Shown: positions 18,700 through 29,087, numbered from the stretch's first letter. The stretch is DNA of 64,000 nt from Candidatus Marinacidobacterales bacterium (GCA_965226495.1 OZ245365.1:5760001-5824000); one strand, 5' to 3'. The notes: generated by a model from the sequence alone, not told the origin. Numbers and translations are program-made.

Positions 18700-20274
18700 A
18701 TGCAAGAACTGAGATGGCGGACGGCTAGAAGTTTACCTTTTCTGTGGGTCTTGGCCAGTGGCCTCTTTCTGCCCGCCGGGCTCAGCGCGCAAACGGCGAG
18801 CCAACCTGGCGTCGCGTTGGGTCCTCAGGAGCCGCCCTTTAGACCCGAACGACCGATCGTCATCCAGGGAGGGATGCTCATCGACGCTACCGGCGCCCCT
18901 CCCAAGCTGGACCATGCTGTTGTCATCGAGGGCGAGCGCATCTCCTGGGTGGGACCGATGGATGAAGCCAAAATCCCCGATGGAGCCCAGGTGATCGACG
19001 CCCAAGGCATGACCATCATGCCCGGCCTCATCAACTCCAATCAGCACATCCAGCTCAACCCCATTTACCCCGCGCCCACCGCCGATCTGCCGATGAACGA
19101 GCTCCGAGCTCGTTGGGAAGAGACCTTCGCGCGAATGCCCCAACGAGCGTTCGTTTACCTCATGCAGGGCGTGACCAGCCAACGGCAGACGAGCGGGCCG
19201 TCGAAGAGATTACTACCCGTCAAACAGGCCATCGACCGCGGAGAGATCCCGGGTCCCCGGATCTTCCTGGGAGGAGCCCTTCTCATGAGCCCCGAGCATT
19301 TCGAGTCGTACACCAAGGGCGCCCGCACGCCGGCTGACGCCATCGACTGGATGAGGACGGACTTTGCCTACCACGTGATCGACGATCTCGAGAAAGATAC
19401 CGACCGGCTTCTCGGTCCCGAGTTCAACTACTGGAAGCTCTACATGTCGCGTGAGATCTACGATGGTCAGAACGATTTCAGCGACGAGGACCTCCGGTTC
19501 ATCATCGACAAGGCGCACAAGAACGGAAAGATCATCGACGTCCACTGCGGAGGCCACAACGACGGACTGCGCCGAATGCTCGCGTTCGACGTCGATACCT
19601 TGGAGCACCCGTTCCTCCGGCACCAGATCGTCGAAGAGGACATCATCGAGGGCTACGTCAAGAAAGGCGTCATCGTCGATTCGCTGCTCGTGCAGTCGAC
19701 GTCGTTAGCCAACCGAGCGGCCGATCCGCATCGTTTCGACGAGACGATTTACGTGATGTCAATGGAGCCTAAAGAGTACCGGATTCTGATGCGCTATCGA
19801 GATAAGATGCTCTACAACCAGAGGAATCCCGATAAAGGCGGTCTCGCTATTTATGAGCCCCGGAACCGGCCCTCCCTAGGGCCGCGGGGGGGCGACAGCT
19901 TTGGCCTTCTGGGCCCTTCTTACAACGAGCTCATGAAGCGACGTGAGACGTCTCGCGAGAACATGCGGCGGTTCATCCGAGCCGGAGCCAAGTTCTCGAC
20001 TGGAACCGACACACCAGCCTTCGTCAACTTCCAACAAGAAAACGCCAACGCCGTTGAGATGCGCTACATGGTGGAGCTGGGCATGAGTCCCATGCAGGCG
20101 ATCGAAGCGTCGACCCGGATCGGCGCCGAGGCGCTCGGGCTGACCGATGAGCTCGGAACCATCGAGGTAGGGAAGCTCGCCGACGTCATCGTGGTGGCCG
20201 GAAATCCTCTTCTCGATATGAAGACCATGGAGAGAGTCTACGCCGTCATCAAGGGCGGGGTTCGGTACAAGTAA
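18700..20274 (+). CDS. secreted amidohydrolase family protein
   Basis: RBS AGGAG; TIMPGLI, DVHC, LEHP, GTD, GKLADVIVVAGNPL. Confidence 0.88.
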   Translation: MQELRWRTARSLPFLWVLASGLFLPAGLSAQTASQPGVALGPQEPPFRPERPIVIQGGMLIDATGAPPKLDHAVVIEGERISWVGPMDEAKIPDGAQVIDAQGMTIMPGLINSNQHIQLNPIYPAPTADLPMNELRARWEETFARMPQRAFVYLMQGVTSQRQTSGPSKRLLPVKQAIDRGEIPGPRIFLGGALLMSPEHFESYTKGARTPADAIDWMRTDFAYHVIDDLEKDTDRLLGPEFNYWKLYMSREIYDGQNDFSDEDLRFIIDKAHKNGKIIDVHCGGHNDGLRRMLAFDVDTLEHPFLRHQIVEEDIIEGYVKKGVIVDSLLVQSTSLANRAADPHRFDETIYVMSMEPKEYRILMRYRDKMLYNQRNPDKGGLAIYEPRNRPSLGPRGGDSFGLLGPSYNELMKRRETSRENMRRFIRAGAKFSTGTDTPAFVNFQQENANAVEMRYMVELGMSPMQAIEASTRIGAEALGLTDELGTIEVGKLADVIVVAGNPLLDMKTMERVYAVIKGGVRYK

Positions 20275-20358
20275 AGGCCGGCTTTTGGAGGACTGGTAGC
20301 GAAACGGTAACAGCGGAAGAAGCGCCGCCAAAGGAAACGGCGGAAGTGCGGATCCGTT

Positions 20359-20434
<76 letters not shown>

Positions 20435-20449
20435 ACCGCTTTGAAGGGG

Positions 20450-20548
20450 GACGACATCCCCCTCACCCAATCCCTCTCCCCAGGGGGGAGAGGGGTAATT
20501 CGTGCGACGAGGAACTGCGGTTCGTTTCCTCGTCGGTCCATTAGTAGT
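20450..20548. repeat. structured ~100-bp tRNA-Arg 3' trailer, copy 1
   Basis: CCCTCACCCAATCCCTCTCCCC..GGGGAGAGGG hairpin plus CGACGAGGA..TCCTCGTCG hairpin; matches 31616-31714. Confidence 0.85.
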
Positions 20549-20625
20549 TGGTACGCCTGAGAGGATTCGAACCTCTGGCCTTCTGCTCCGGAGGCAGACG
20601 CTCTATCCAGCTGAGCTACAGGCGC
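20549..20625 (-). tRNA. tRNA-Arg(CCG)
   Basis: Anticodon arm TCTGC-CTCCGGA-GCAGA, GGTTCGAATCC, CCA. Confidence 0.96.
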
Positions 20626-20757
20626 CCATCACGCTGGAAACGACACGCTCGGTAGGCGAACCGAAGTTCATCCCAGGAGCACCGACAAGGATACTCGACG
20701 GGAGAGACGCTCGCAAGTAGCGGGAGAGACGGAAGTCGCGGCGATGGAGCCGCGGGC

Positions 20758-21315
20758 TTACCAGAGCGCCGAAATGCGTTTGGTGATGGTATCGACGACG
20801 TAGGAGTCGAGCTTTTCCATGGCCGCTTGAGGGAAGTCCACGAATTGGATGCCCATCCCGCGAGGAAGATCGGCCTCCGGGACGCCTCGCTTGGTGCACC
20901 AGACGACCTCTCCCGTGGCTTCGAGGAGGTCTTCATCGTCGCTGCCGATTCCGGCTAGGTAGAGCGTGAGCAAGGAACCGGTATCCACCAGAATCTCTGA
21001 GGCCACGAACACGCCGCCGCGGCTCAGATTGACGACTCGTGCGGTATGGAAGCGATTCTGGTGCTCGAAAACGATCGGCGTTTCTACCGGCACCCGGATC
21101 CGTTCCCGATTACCCAACCGTTCTCGGACCTCGCCGGCCGAGAAGCGCGGGGTTTCCTGAGGGAGAGGGAGCCCTTCTCGAGACATCATGAGCTCGTAAA
21201 AGGTCTTGAGCTCTGTCCAACGTCCCTCGTCTTTGGGTGGTAGGCTTCCACCGGAGCGAAGTTTGGAGTCGTTAAGCGCTCCAAACTCGCTGATAAGATC
21301 GAGAACCGTCTTCAT
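20758..21315 (-). CDS. PilZ-domain protein (c-di-GMP receptor)
   Basis: RERIR (RxxxR) and NLSRGG motifs; GEVVW..GMGIQF. Confidence 0.85.
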   Translation of the reverse strand: MKTVLDLISEFGALNDSKLRSGGSLPPKDEGRWTELKTFYELMMSREGLPLPQETPRFSAGEVRERLGNRERIRVPVETPIVFEHQNRFHTARVVNLSRGGVFVASEILVDTGSLLTLYLAGIGSDDEDLLEATGEVVWCTKRGVPEADLPRGMGIQFVDFPQAAMEKLDSYVVDTITKRISALW

Positions 21316-21383
21316 GGGTGCTCCCTTTCCCTCTTTCAACTCTGCCAGGGTTCGGGGGCCCGGCTTCGTTTTACCGTTCTAAC

Positions 21384-23378
21384 TCAAACTCGATTTTCCG
21401 AGACCGATGTCGGTCGGTCTTGGAAAAGAAAAGATGCGAGTGCTTCGTCCGTCATCGAATAGGACCCGCTCACCGCGGTCGCGTTCTCGAACATCGTCCG
21501 GGCTCGCAATCGGAGACCTTCGCGTTCGTAAAGTGTTCCGAGGGAGCTCAAGTATTCCGGGTTGCCGGGGTCGAGAACGGTCGCCATCTTGAGATTCTGC
21601 TCGGCCTCGAGTCGCCATTTGCGATTGTGGGCAAGAGCCAGACCGAGCACGTGGTAATACTCGGCCTGATCGCTAGCGAGATCGATTGCCTCCCGGCAGA
21701 GCACGATCGCTTGCCAATAATCCTCTGCGCCGAATGCGTCACAGGCACTCTCGAAGATGGACTTCGCCCGCGCCCTGTCATGGGCGTCGCTCGAGGTGGA
21801 CGCTGTCTTCTCCGCAGGCACGCTCTTTTCGTTGGCGTGAATTTGAGTCGAAAGTGTGGCAAACGCTTCGCTTACTCGAGTGAAAAGGAAAGATAGCTTC
21901 TTGTGAAACTGGGGGTCGTCGCTGCCGGAATAGCGGTCCGGGTGAAATTGAAACGTTTTCCTTTGAAACGCTTTCTTGATTTCGGCGGGCGTCGCTCCCT
22001 GGTCCACCCCCAGCACCTGCCAGTCATCTTGTTGCTGAAACAGCTGAAAGAGCTGCTCGACTTCTTGGCGGACCGGCTCGGCAGCTTCGGCAGGCTGTGT
22101 TTCTTTGTCAGTCTTCTTGGTGGTCGGCTCCCCATCGAGCTCGGTGATTCCGGCGCGAAGCAGGCCTAGGAGCGTGCGTGCGGTGTCCTTCTCGGAAAGT
22201 GCGCTCACCTTGAAGACGTCACGCGGCGTCACCGTGCCGTCGATTCGCGAAAGGATGAAAGCCTCTTGCGGAGTCAGGTTCACGTTGTGGAAGTGAAGCA
22301 ATGGGGACGAAACGAGACGCAGCCGGCGATCTTCCCTGAGGAGGACACGAAGGTGCGGCTCGATTTGCGTGGTCCGTCGTGCTTCTTTCATCAGGCTGTC
22401 GGCCACCGAGTCGTCGAGGGTTGGCGTCGTTTCCTTGGTCGAGAGCTTTCTCTCGGATTCTTCCGCGCTCTCCAAATCGAAGAAGACCTTGCCCGGCTCG
22501 GCTGACTCGATTCCGGGGATCGACCGTAGAGCTAGTCCGAACTCGCGTCCAGAAGCGAATCGCTTCAGGGGATCTTTGGCTAGAGCGTTTTTCAAGACCG
22601 CCTGAACGGCTATCGGCAATCCTAGCTTCTCGCAGTCGAGAGGTTCGGGCTCCTCGTTGACGATCTGGAGGAGCACGCCGGTCAAGCTGTCGCCCCGGAA
22701 CGGTTTCCTGCCCGACAAACATTCGTAAAGGATGCAGCCGAGTGAGAAGAGGTCCGATCGACCGTCCATGTGACCGGCCCGCGCTTGCTCGGGCGACATG
22801 TAGTCGGGCGTTCCAAGTATGCTTCCGCTGGCGGTGAGGTTGGTGGAAGTCTCGGTTTTAGCGATTCCGAAATCTGTTACCTTTACGTCGCCAGAGCGAG
22901 AAACCATCACGTTGGCCGGCTTCACATCACGGTGAACAACCTTGTGCTGGTGGGCGTGATCTAAAGCTCCCGCCACTTGAGACAAGATCTTGACGGTGTC
23001 TCGAAGGCCAAGGCGACCGTGCTTCTCGAGAATCGCCTCCAGGGTTACTCCATCGACGAACTCCATGACAATGACGCACCGCTCGTCGGTCAAGATGATG
23101 TCGTGTGTGGTTACGATATTGGCGTGGTGCAGCTGGGCTGCCACCTGTGCCTCCCTCAAGATCCGCTTCTTGAGGTCCTCTATCTTGCTGGGATAGGCGA
23201 AGCTGTCGAGACGAAACTGCTTGATGGCTACCGTGCGGTCCAAGACGGCGTCGTGAGCTTCGTAGACGTCGGCGAAGGCACCGGTGCCTACCTTGGACTG
23301 AATGTGATAGCGGCTTCCGACTGCAGCCACTACAGCATGACGGCCGGTCTTCGGGTCAGTTGCTCCAGAATCGCTCAT
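21384..23378 (-). CDS. Hanks-type Ser/Thr kinase fused to a DnaJ (HPD) domain and TPRs
   Basis: GTGAFA, VAIK, HRDVKPAN, DFG, GTPDYMSPE; WQVLGV..EIKKAF..FHPDRY; C-terminal TPR helices. Confidence 0.9.
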   Translation of the reverse strand: MSDSGATDPKTGRHAVVAAVGSRYHIQSKVGTGAFADVYEAHDAVLDRTVAIKQFRLDSFAYPSKIEDLKKRILREAQVAAQLHHANIVTTHDIILTDERCVIVMEFVDGVTLEAILEKHGRLGLRDTVKILSQVAGALDHAHQHKVVHRDVKPANVMVSRSGDVKVTDFGIAKTETSTNLTASGSILGTPDYMSPEQARAGHMDGRSDLFSLGCILYECLSGRKPFRGDSLTGVLLQIVNEEPEPLDCEKLGLPIAVQAVLKNALAKDPLKRFASGREFGLALRSIPGIESAEPGKVFFDLESAEESERKLSTKETTPTLDDSVADSLMKEARRTTQIEPHLRVLLREDRRLRLVSSPLLHFHNVNLTPQEAFILSRIDGTVTPRDVFKVSALSEKDTARTLLGLLRAGITELDGEPTTKKTDKETQPAEAAEPVRQEVEQLFQLFQQQDDWQVLGVDQGATPAEIKKAFQRKTFQFHPDRYSGSDDPQFHKKLSFLFTRVSEAFATLSTQIHANEKSVPAEKTASTSSDAHDRARAKSIFESACDAFGAEDYWQAIVLCREAIDLASDQAEYYHVLGLALAHNRKWRLEAEQNLKMATVLDPGNPEYLSSLGTLYEREGLRLRARTMFENATAVSGSYSMTDEALASFLFQDRPTSVSENRV

Positions 23379-23681
23379 GGTTCCTTTGTCTTCTGGAGGC
23401 ACGAGGCTGGGGGAACGACGCCTCAACCGGTACTTAGAGCAAAAACTGTGCCCACCCCTTGGGGACTTTCCCGGTCCCTAGAACTGACTTCTCTCGCGTG
23501 GGTTAGAGGAAAAGCACCTGGGTCCGCATTGCAAAAAAGAGAGGGTAAACGGCAACGAGCCTGTGGGGAAACTCCCGTAACAAGAAACTAAAGTCGACGG
23601 GGTGTTGCCCTACGTTCGGCTTCGAAAACACGACTAGAGAGGTGTATCTCTTTGTGGAGCACGTGGTTGGCGGGACGAAGC

Positions 23682-25412
23682 CTATTTCGTCGAGAGCCTT
23701 CTCCCGGTCCGCAATTTCGCGGTGGCGGCGAGGTCGAGACCGCGTTCGTCGATAGCGACCTTGTAGACTTCGCGGGCCGCCTTCCGTGAAACGTAGCCAT
23801 CGAGGACATCGGTCAAAACCTTTTCTGGATCGCGTTCGGCGGGTTTGCCGAATCCTCCACCACCGGCCGTGATGCTGCGGATCCGGTCTCCGGTAGAGAC
23901 CTTCAGACGATAGGTGCCCACCCGCTTTTCACGCGATGTTCCGGGAAACAGAATCATCCCGTGGGGCTCTGGCTCGGTGCCGCCCGCAAGCGCCCAAGGG
24001 CGGGTCTTGGACTTCTTCGTCACCGATAGAAAATCGCCGTCAAAAAGGAAACGGGCGTCCAGCCCGATGCCGAGCCCTCCTCGGAACTTGCCGGCGCCGC
24101 CGCTATCATCCCTGAGCTCGAAACGCTCGATGAACATCCCGGTTTTGGTTTCGAGAACCTCGACCGGCGTATTGCGCACCACGCTCTGAAGGGGGTGGCT
24201 GAGGCCATTCGGGCCATCATGGTCGATCGTCGCACCCCAACCCATCGGATCATTATTGCTGACCGCGAACAACTGTTTCGTGTCCGGGTGAATCCCAACC
24301 ATCATGAAACCGACGACGTCGCCTCCAGAAGAAGCAGGCACGCGGTCCGGCATCCCCTGAGCTAGTGCTTTGGCGACCAGCTCCATGGCGACGGTTACGG
24401 TCCACAGCGTGAACGTCGCGGCGGGGTAAACGGCGTGGAAGATATTGCCGGGGGGAGCGACCACCTCGAGAGGCCGGAAGTTCCCGGCGTTGGCCGGTGA
24501 GTGAGGAGTGGTCAGCGCCTTGAAGAGCGCTCTGCAGAGCGTCACGGTCGCTCCAAACGGAACGTTCACCGGTCCCGGAACCGCTCCTGAAGACTCGGTG
24601 AAATCCACCTTGAAGCGCTCGCCGTCGATGGTCACGGTGACCCGTATGGGTAACATCTCGTCCGTCACGCCGTCGTCGTCGAGGAAGCCCTCGGCACTCC
24701 AAGAGCCCTGAGGAAGTTCCTTCAAAGCCTTGCGAGAAAGTTGTTCTCCATGATCTAGTAGCTGGGCCACCGCGGTGTCGAGAGTTTCTCGACCGAATTT
24801 CTCCAGGATCTCGACGAGTCTTCGCTCGCCGGTTCGTACGGACGCGACCTGAGCGTGCAGATCTCCCAACACCAAGTCCGGCATGCGTGAGTTGAAACGG
24901 ATGAGATCGATAATTTGCGGATCGGGTTTACCCTTCTTATAGACCTTGGTTCCCGGAAAAATGAGTCCTTCCTGATGCATGTCGGTGGAGTCGAGGACGT
25001 AACCTGCATCTTTCGCGCCGAGGTCCATCCAATGCGCGCGTATGCAAGTGTAGGCGAAGGGTCGATCGGCGCCCGGGAGGAACACTGGGGCGAAGAGGGT
25101 GACGTCCGAGGCGTGAGCGGAGTTCCAGTAGGGGTAGTTCAGGATGACGATGTCGCCGGCGTCGAGGTTCTCCTCACCGATGTACTCAACACCTTTGCGG
25201 ATCGCGTAGTCGTTGCTGCCCAGAAACGTGAGCATGCTGGGAGCTTCGGCGATGGGCTCGAGCTGGCTATCGTAGATGGAAATACCGAAATCGAGGATTT
25301 CGTAGATGACAGGGTTGAACGCGGTTCGTATGAGAGTGCGCCGCATCTCATTGGCGGCGGAAAAAAGATAGCTTCGGATGACCTCGACGGTAGCGCCGTC
25401 CAGTTGCTTCAT
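23682..25412 (-). CDS. hydantoinase B/oxoprolinase family protein
   Basis: RTAFNPVIYE..DF, HASD, AHWMDLG, QEGL, NTPVEVLE, SGGAGKFRGG, GGGGFGKP, DVLDGYVS. Confidence 0.93.
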   Translation of the reverse strand: MKQLDGATVEVIRSYLFSAANEMRRTLIRTAFNPVIYEILDFGISIYDSQLEPIAEAPSMLTFLGSNDYAIRKGVEYIGEENLDAGDIVILNYPYWNSAHASDVTLFAPVFLPGADRPFAYTCIRAHWMDLGAKDAGYVLDSTDMHQEGLIFPGTKVYKKGKPDPQIIDLIRFNSRMPDLVLGDLHAQVASVRTGERRLVEILEKFGRETLDTAVAQLLDHGEQLSRKALKELPQGSWSAEGFLDDDGVTDEMLPIRVTVTIDGERFKVDFTESSGAVPGPVNVPFGATVTLCRALFKALTTPHSPANAGNFRPLEVVAPPGNIFHAVYPAATFTLWTVTVAMELVAKALAQGMPDRVPASSGGDVVGFMMVGIHPDTKQLFAVSNNDPMGWGATIDHDGPNGLSHPLQSVVRNTPVEVLETKTGMFIERFELRDDSGGAGKFRGGLGIGLDARFLFDGDFLSVTKKSKTRPWALAGGTEPEPHGMILFPGTSREKRVGTYRLKVSTGDRIRSITAGGGGFGKPAERDPEKVLTDVLDGYVSRKAAREVYKVAIDERGLDLAATAKLRTGRRLSTK

Positions 25413-25436
25413 ACTCCGCGATCTATCAGCGGCGCG

Positions 25437-26213
25437 CTATTTTCTGGCGCGAAAGTTGACGCCCAGGGTACCGAAGTTTTGTGCGCTCGACTTCTGCGGT
25501 GCGTCCTCATAGATGGGAGCCCGCCATGTCACCTCGAAGTCTTTGAATCCGGCCGCCAAGACCGTGGCCTCGAGCTCTGCTTCCAGCAGAGCGCCGGCAA
25601 TTCAGCCGGTCCAGAGATCGATGCTCTCCTTGGCATTTTCGGAGACCGCTTTTTGGACCACGATGTCGGCGATCTGCAATCGGCCTTCTGGTTTGAGGAC
25701 ACGCGCCATTTCCGAAAGGGCCGTGAGCTTGTCCGGCATCAGGTTGAGTACCCCGTTCGAGATCACGACATCCGCCCAACCATCGTCGACGGGCAGTTTC
25801 TCGCCATAGCCCTGCCGGAACTCCGCGTTCTTGACTCCGGCTTCGCCCGCGCTGTTTCGTGCCTTCTTCACCATGCCTTCGGTAATGTCGATGCCAATCA
25901 CTTGTCCTTCGACACCGACCATCCGTGCAGCGATGAGGCTGTCGATGCCGGCTCCGCAACCGACGTCTACGACTTGCTCTCCCGGCCGAAGCTCGCCGAG
26001 GCTGAATGGGTTTCCCGTTCCCGCGAAAGATGCGATCGACCCCTCGGGAACGCCCTTCAGCCAGTCCTCGTTGTACCCGACACGCTGGGTGTGAGAGTGG
26101 CCGGTATGAAAGTGAAAGCCCTTTTGGGGCTCGCTCGCGACCGTTTCGTACTCCTCTTGAATAGCGTCTCGAAGCGCGTCGATATCAACTGCTGGTTTGC
26201 TCGGTACTTTCAT
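25437..26213 (-). CDS. arsenite-methyltransferase-like SAM methyltransferase, probable selenoprotein (UGA at 25602-25604)
   Basis: VDVGCGAGID, DVVISNGVLNL.PDK..RVLKPEG. The frame continues past UGA: IDLWTG-U-IAGALLEAELEATVLAAGFKDFEV..NFRARK* (TAG 25437-25439), 258 aa. Confidence 0.85.
25574..25592 (-). promoter_or_regulatory. putative bacterial SECIS hairpin
   Basis: GCTCTGC-TGGAA-GCAGAGC perfect 7-bp stem starting at +10 after the UGA; G at the second loop position. Confidence 0.7.
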
Positions 26214-26342
26214 GTATTCGCTCCTCGGATATTCTGCCCTTGGGGGAGCACGAACGCAACAGCGGTGGAAGCCTGCGGATCGAGGCGGAACGAACTATTG
26301 CCCGCCTCGTCGGCAGGATTTCGTCGACTAGACCGGCGCTCG

Positions 26343-27467
26343 TTAGGACTCCGGCGCCTCCCACACCGCCTCTTGGTGCGTCAGAATCAGAGAGAAATAA
26401 GGTAGGACTCTAGTCTCCATCCACTCACGCACCATCTCGCCATGAAAGGCACTATCCTGCTCGAACTCGTGAGGAATTCCGGCCTTGGTTAGCGCCTGCG
26501 AGAAGGCCCGGTTTCCCGCCGGGATGTGCTGCAGGTGGTCGGACATACCGGTAGCGAAACGGATCCCTTTCAGCTTTAGAAGGTTCGAACGATATTTGTC
26601 GATCATGTGGACCGGAAAATTCTCTAACCATTTGTTGTAAGCGCTTTCATTGCGCTGGACCTTCCCATTCACGATCTCGAAAGGATAATCGACGAAAAGG
26701 GGAGGTTTGTCGGGGTTGGGAGACAGGCCTGCCGCCAATGCGGTGAGTGCGTGGGGGTAGTTTCCGTGGGTCGCGGTGGTCAAATGAGTTTGGACCAGGC
26801 CTTTCCTGTCTTTGGCTTCTATGGTAGGAATCCACTCCGGATTACCCGCTTCGACGTCTTTCACTATATCCAAACAGCAGGCACTGAGCCCGTAAACGGC
26901 GCTAAAGACGTCCGCATTTCTGATCGCGATATAGAGAGCGGAATATCCTCCCATCGATTGACCAACAATAGCGCGGCTACTTGCGTCGGGGAGCGTTCGA
27001 TACGTTTCATCGACGTACTTGACCAGGTCGCGGGCAACAAAGTCCTCCCAATTGCCGATGACCGGCGAGTTGACGAAATAGGAGCCGCCGTAGCCATTGC
27101 GGCCGTCTGGCACGACCACGATCATCTCTTGGATCCTACCCTCGCCGATGAGCTGGTTCATGGCGGTTTGAATATTGAAGCCCTGATAGCTCCCATCTCG
27201 CCATGAGGTATTGGTTCCGTTATACCCGTGAAGGAGATAAACGGCTGGGTAGCGCTTGTCGGAGTTGGTGTAGCTGGGAGGCAAGTAGACCATGACCTGT
27301 CGGTTCGCCGAGTCCCCGAGGAGGTTCCCTTCCAGCCCAGGGCTGTGGACCGTCTGATAGGTCAGGAAACCTTGAGCCATGGCCGCCGAGGGCGCCGTTA
27401 CCAGCATGACTAGCGTCACAACGAGACACGCGTCTACTAGTACTCTCATCGATTGATTCTTGAGCAT
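26343..27467 (-). CDS. secreted alpha/beta-hydrolase (putative esterase family)
   Basis: VYLPPSY, YLLHG, GQSMGG nucleophile elbow; signal peptide. Confidence 0.9.
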   Translation of the reverse strand: MLKNQSMRVLVDACLVVTLVMLVTAPSAAMAQGFLTYQTVHSPGLEGNLLGDSANRQVMVYLPPSYTNSDKRYPAVYLLHGYNGTNTSWRDGSYQGFNIQTAMNQLIGEGRIQEMIVVVPDGRNGYGGSYFVNSPVIGNWEDFVARDLVKYVDETYRTLPDASSRAIVGQSMGGYSALYIAIRNADVFSAVYGLSACCLDIVKDVEAGNPEWIPTIEAKDRKGLVQTHLTTATHGNYPHALTALAAGLSPNPDKPPLFVDYPFEIVNGKVQRNESAYNKWLENFPVHMIDKYRSNLLKLKGIRFATGMSDHLQHIPAGNRAFSQALTKAGIPHEFEQDSAFHGEMVREWMETRVLPYFSLILTHQEAVWEAPES

Positions 27468-27580
27468 GACTTCTTCCTCCAGAGGGTATGATCGCCAGTG
27501 CTTTCAGAAGAAACAGGAGTCTTCTATAGGGTATTTTGAAGTCGGAGTCAACGACACACATTGAGCATTGGAGGAGAACA

Positions 27581-28962
27581 ATGATCCTTCGCAGCCCGCT
27601 CGGCCTGATTGGAATGGCCCACGTTTCGCTACTCGGCCTCATCCTCTGGTCGTCACCGGTCGAAGCAAAGTCCAGTGAGGAATCTCCAAAGCTCCTCTCC
27701 TGGACCGAGCAGATCGCGGTTCGCGAGGCTTGGCTACCGAAGCGCTACGAGATGCTCTTGACCATGATGCGCAGGCATGAAATCGACATGTGGATCGTTG
27801 TCAATGAAGAGTTTCACGATGATCCGTTGACCGAGTACGTGGCACCCCCGAGACCGTACGCGGGAAACAGGGACACGTTCGTCTTCGTCGATGCCGGCGA
27901 AGAGGGTCTGCGGAAAATAGTCCTAGCCGGGTATGAAGAGGAGCATCTCACACGTTTTTTCGAACTACCCCAGTTTGCTCCGGACCCGGACCAACCCCGG
28001 CCTGCGGAGGAAGTTCTGGCTGAGCTCTATGAAACTCACAAGCCGGAGAAGATAGGTCTCGGAATCGGCGGCGGCCGGGGCATGACTCGTAGCCTCACTC
28101 ACGACGGCTACTTGTTTCTGAGTGAGGCCATGGGAAAGGAAGCGACGGCGCGATTTGTCAGCGCGCAAGACTTGATCGAAGAGTTCCTGGATACCCGTAT
28201 TCCGGAGGAGCTTCCCCATTACGAGAACCTCGTGCATCTCACAGAAGTCATAGCTAGACGCGCCCTATCGAACGAGGTCATTACGCCAGGGGTAACAACG
28301 GTGGGGGACATTCGACGGTGGCTCTATGGCGCGCTATGGGAAAACAGTGTCACGACTTGGTTTCAACCCGACTTACGTGTGCAACGAATGGGACTCGAGG
28401 AAAAACGTCTCGGGGGTTTCTGGCGGTGGCCGAGGAAAGTGTCGTGATTCGACGGGGTGACGTCGTTCACCTGGATTTCGGAATCAGCTACATGGGTTTC
28501 GATAGCGACTGGCAGAAACACGTTTACGTCTTACGAGACGGCGAACAGGACGTTCCCCTGGGGCTCAAGAGGGCGATGGCCAACACCAACGCTCTTCAGG
28601 ACGCTCTTACCTTGCGGGCCTCGAGGCCTGGGCGCACCGCGGGTGAAGTGCACGACGCCACGATGGCGGAAATGGCTGAGAAGGGCATTGAGGCACAGAT
28701 CTACTCTCACCCTTTGGGCAACCACGGTCACGGGCTCGGTGCTGGTATCACTTTCTGGGCGGCTCGAGGTGATCAAGATGAGCTGCTCTCAAAGCGCCTC
28801 CGCGAAGGCTCCTACATCTCCATCGAGCTGAATACCCGCACGGCGGTTCCGGAGTGGGGCGGTGAGAAGGTCTACATCATGATGGAGGACCCGGCCTACC
28901 TTACCGACGAAGGTTGGAGATTCTTCCGGCCGAGGCAGGAAGAATTCTACTTGGTTGAGTGA
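27581..28962 (+). CDS. secreted M24 Xaa-Pro aminopeptidase-like protein, frameshifted at ~28401-28405
   Basis: Two overlapping ORFs join if one A is added to an A5 run (..[42 protein letters not shown]). Either pseudogene or sequencing error. Confidence 0.8.
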
Positions 28963-29087
28963 GCCGGACGGTGGCCGAAAGCGTTTATCGGTTGGCGGCC
29001 TGCGTGGGGAGCCAGCGTGGATTGCCAAGATCGCGAGTTGGGCTGCGAGGGTAACAACCACGTGGGCAAGGCGTATGATAGGCGAAG

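Noticed and set aside
24915-26405. 496-aa + strand ORF
   Set aside because: Antisense shadow of the methyltransferase and hydantoinase B. Staying open across the UGA region is at most indirect support for continuous coding on the minus strand.
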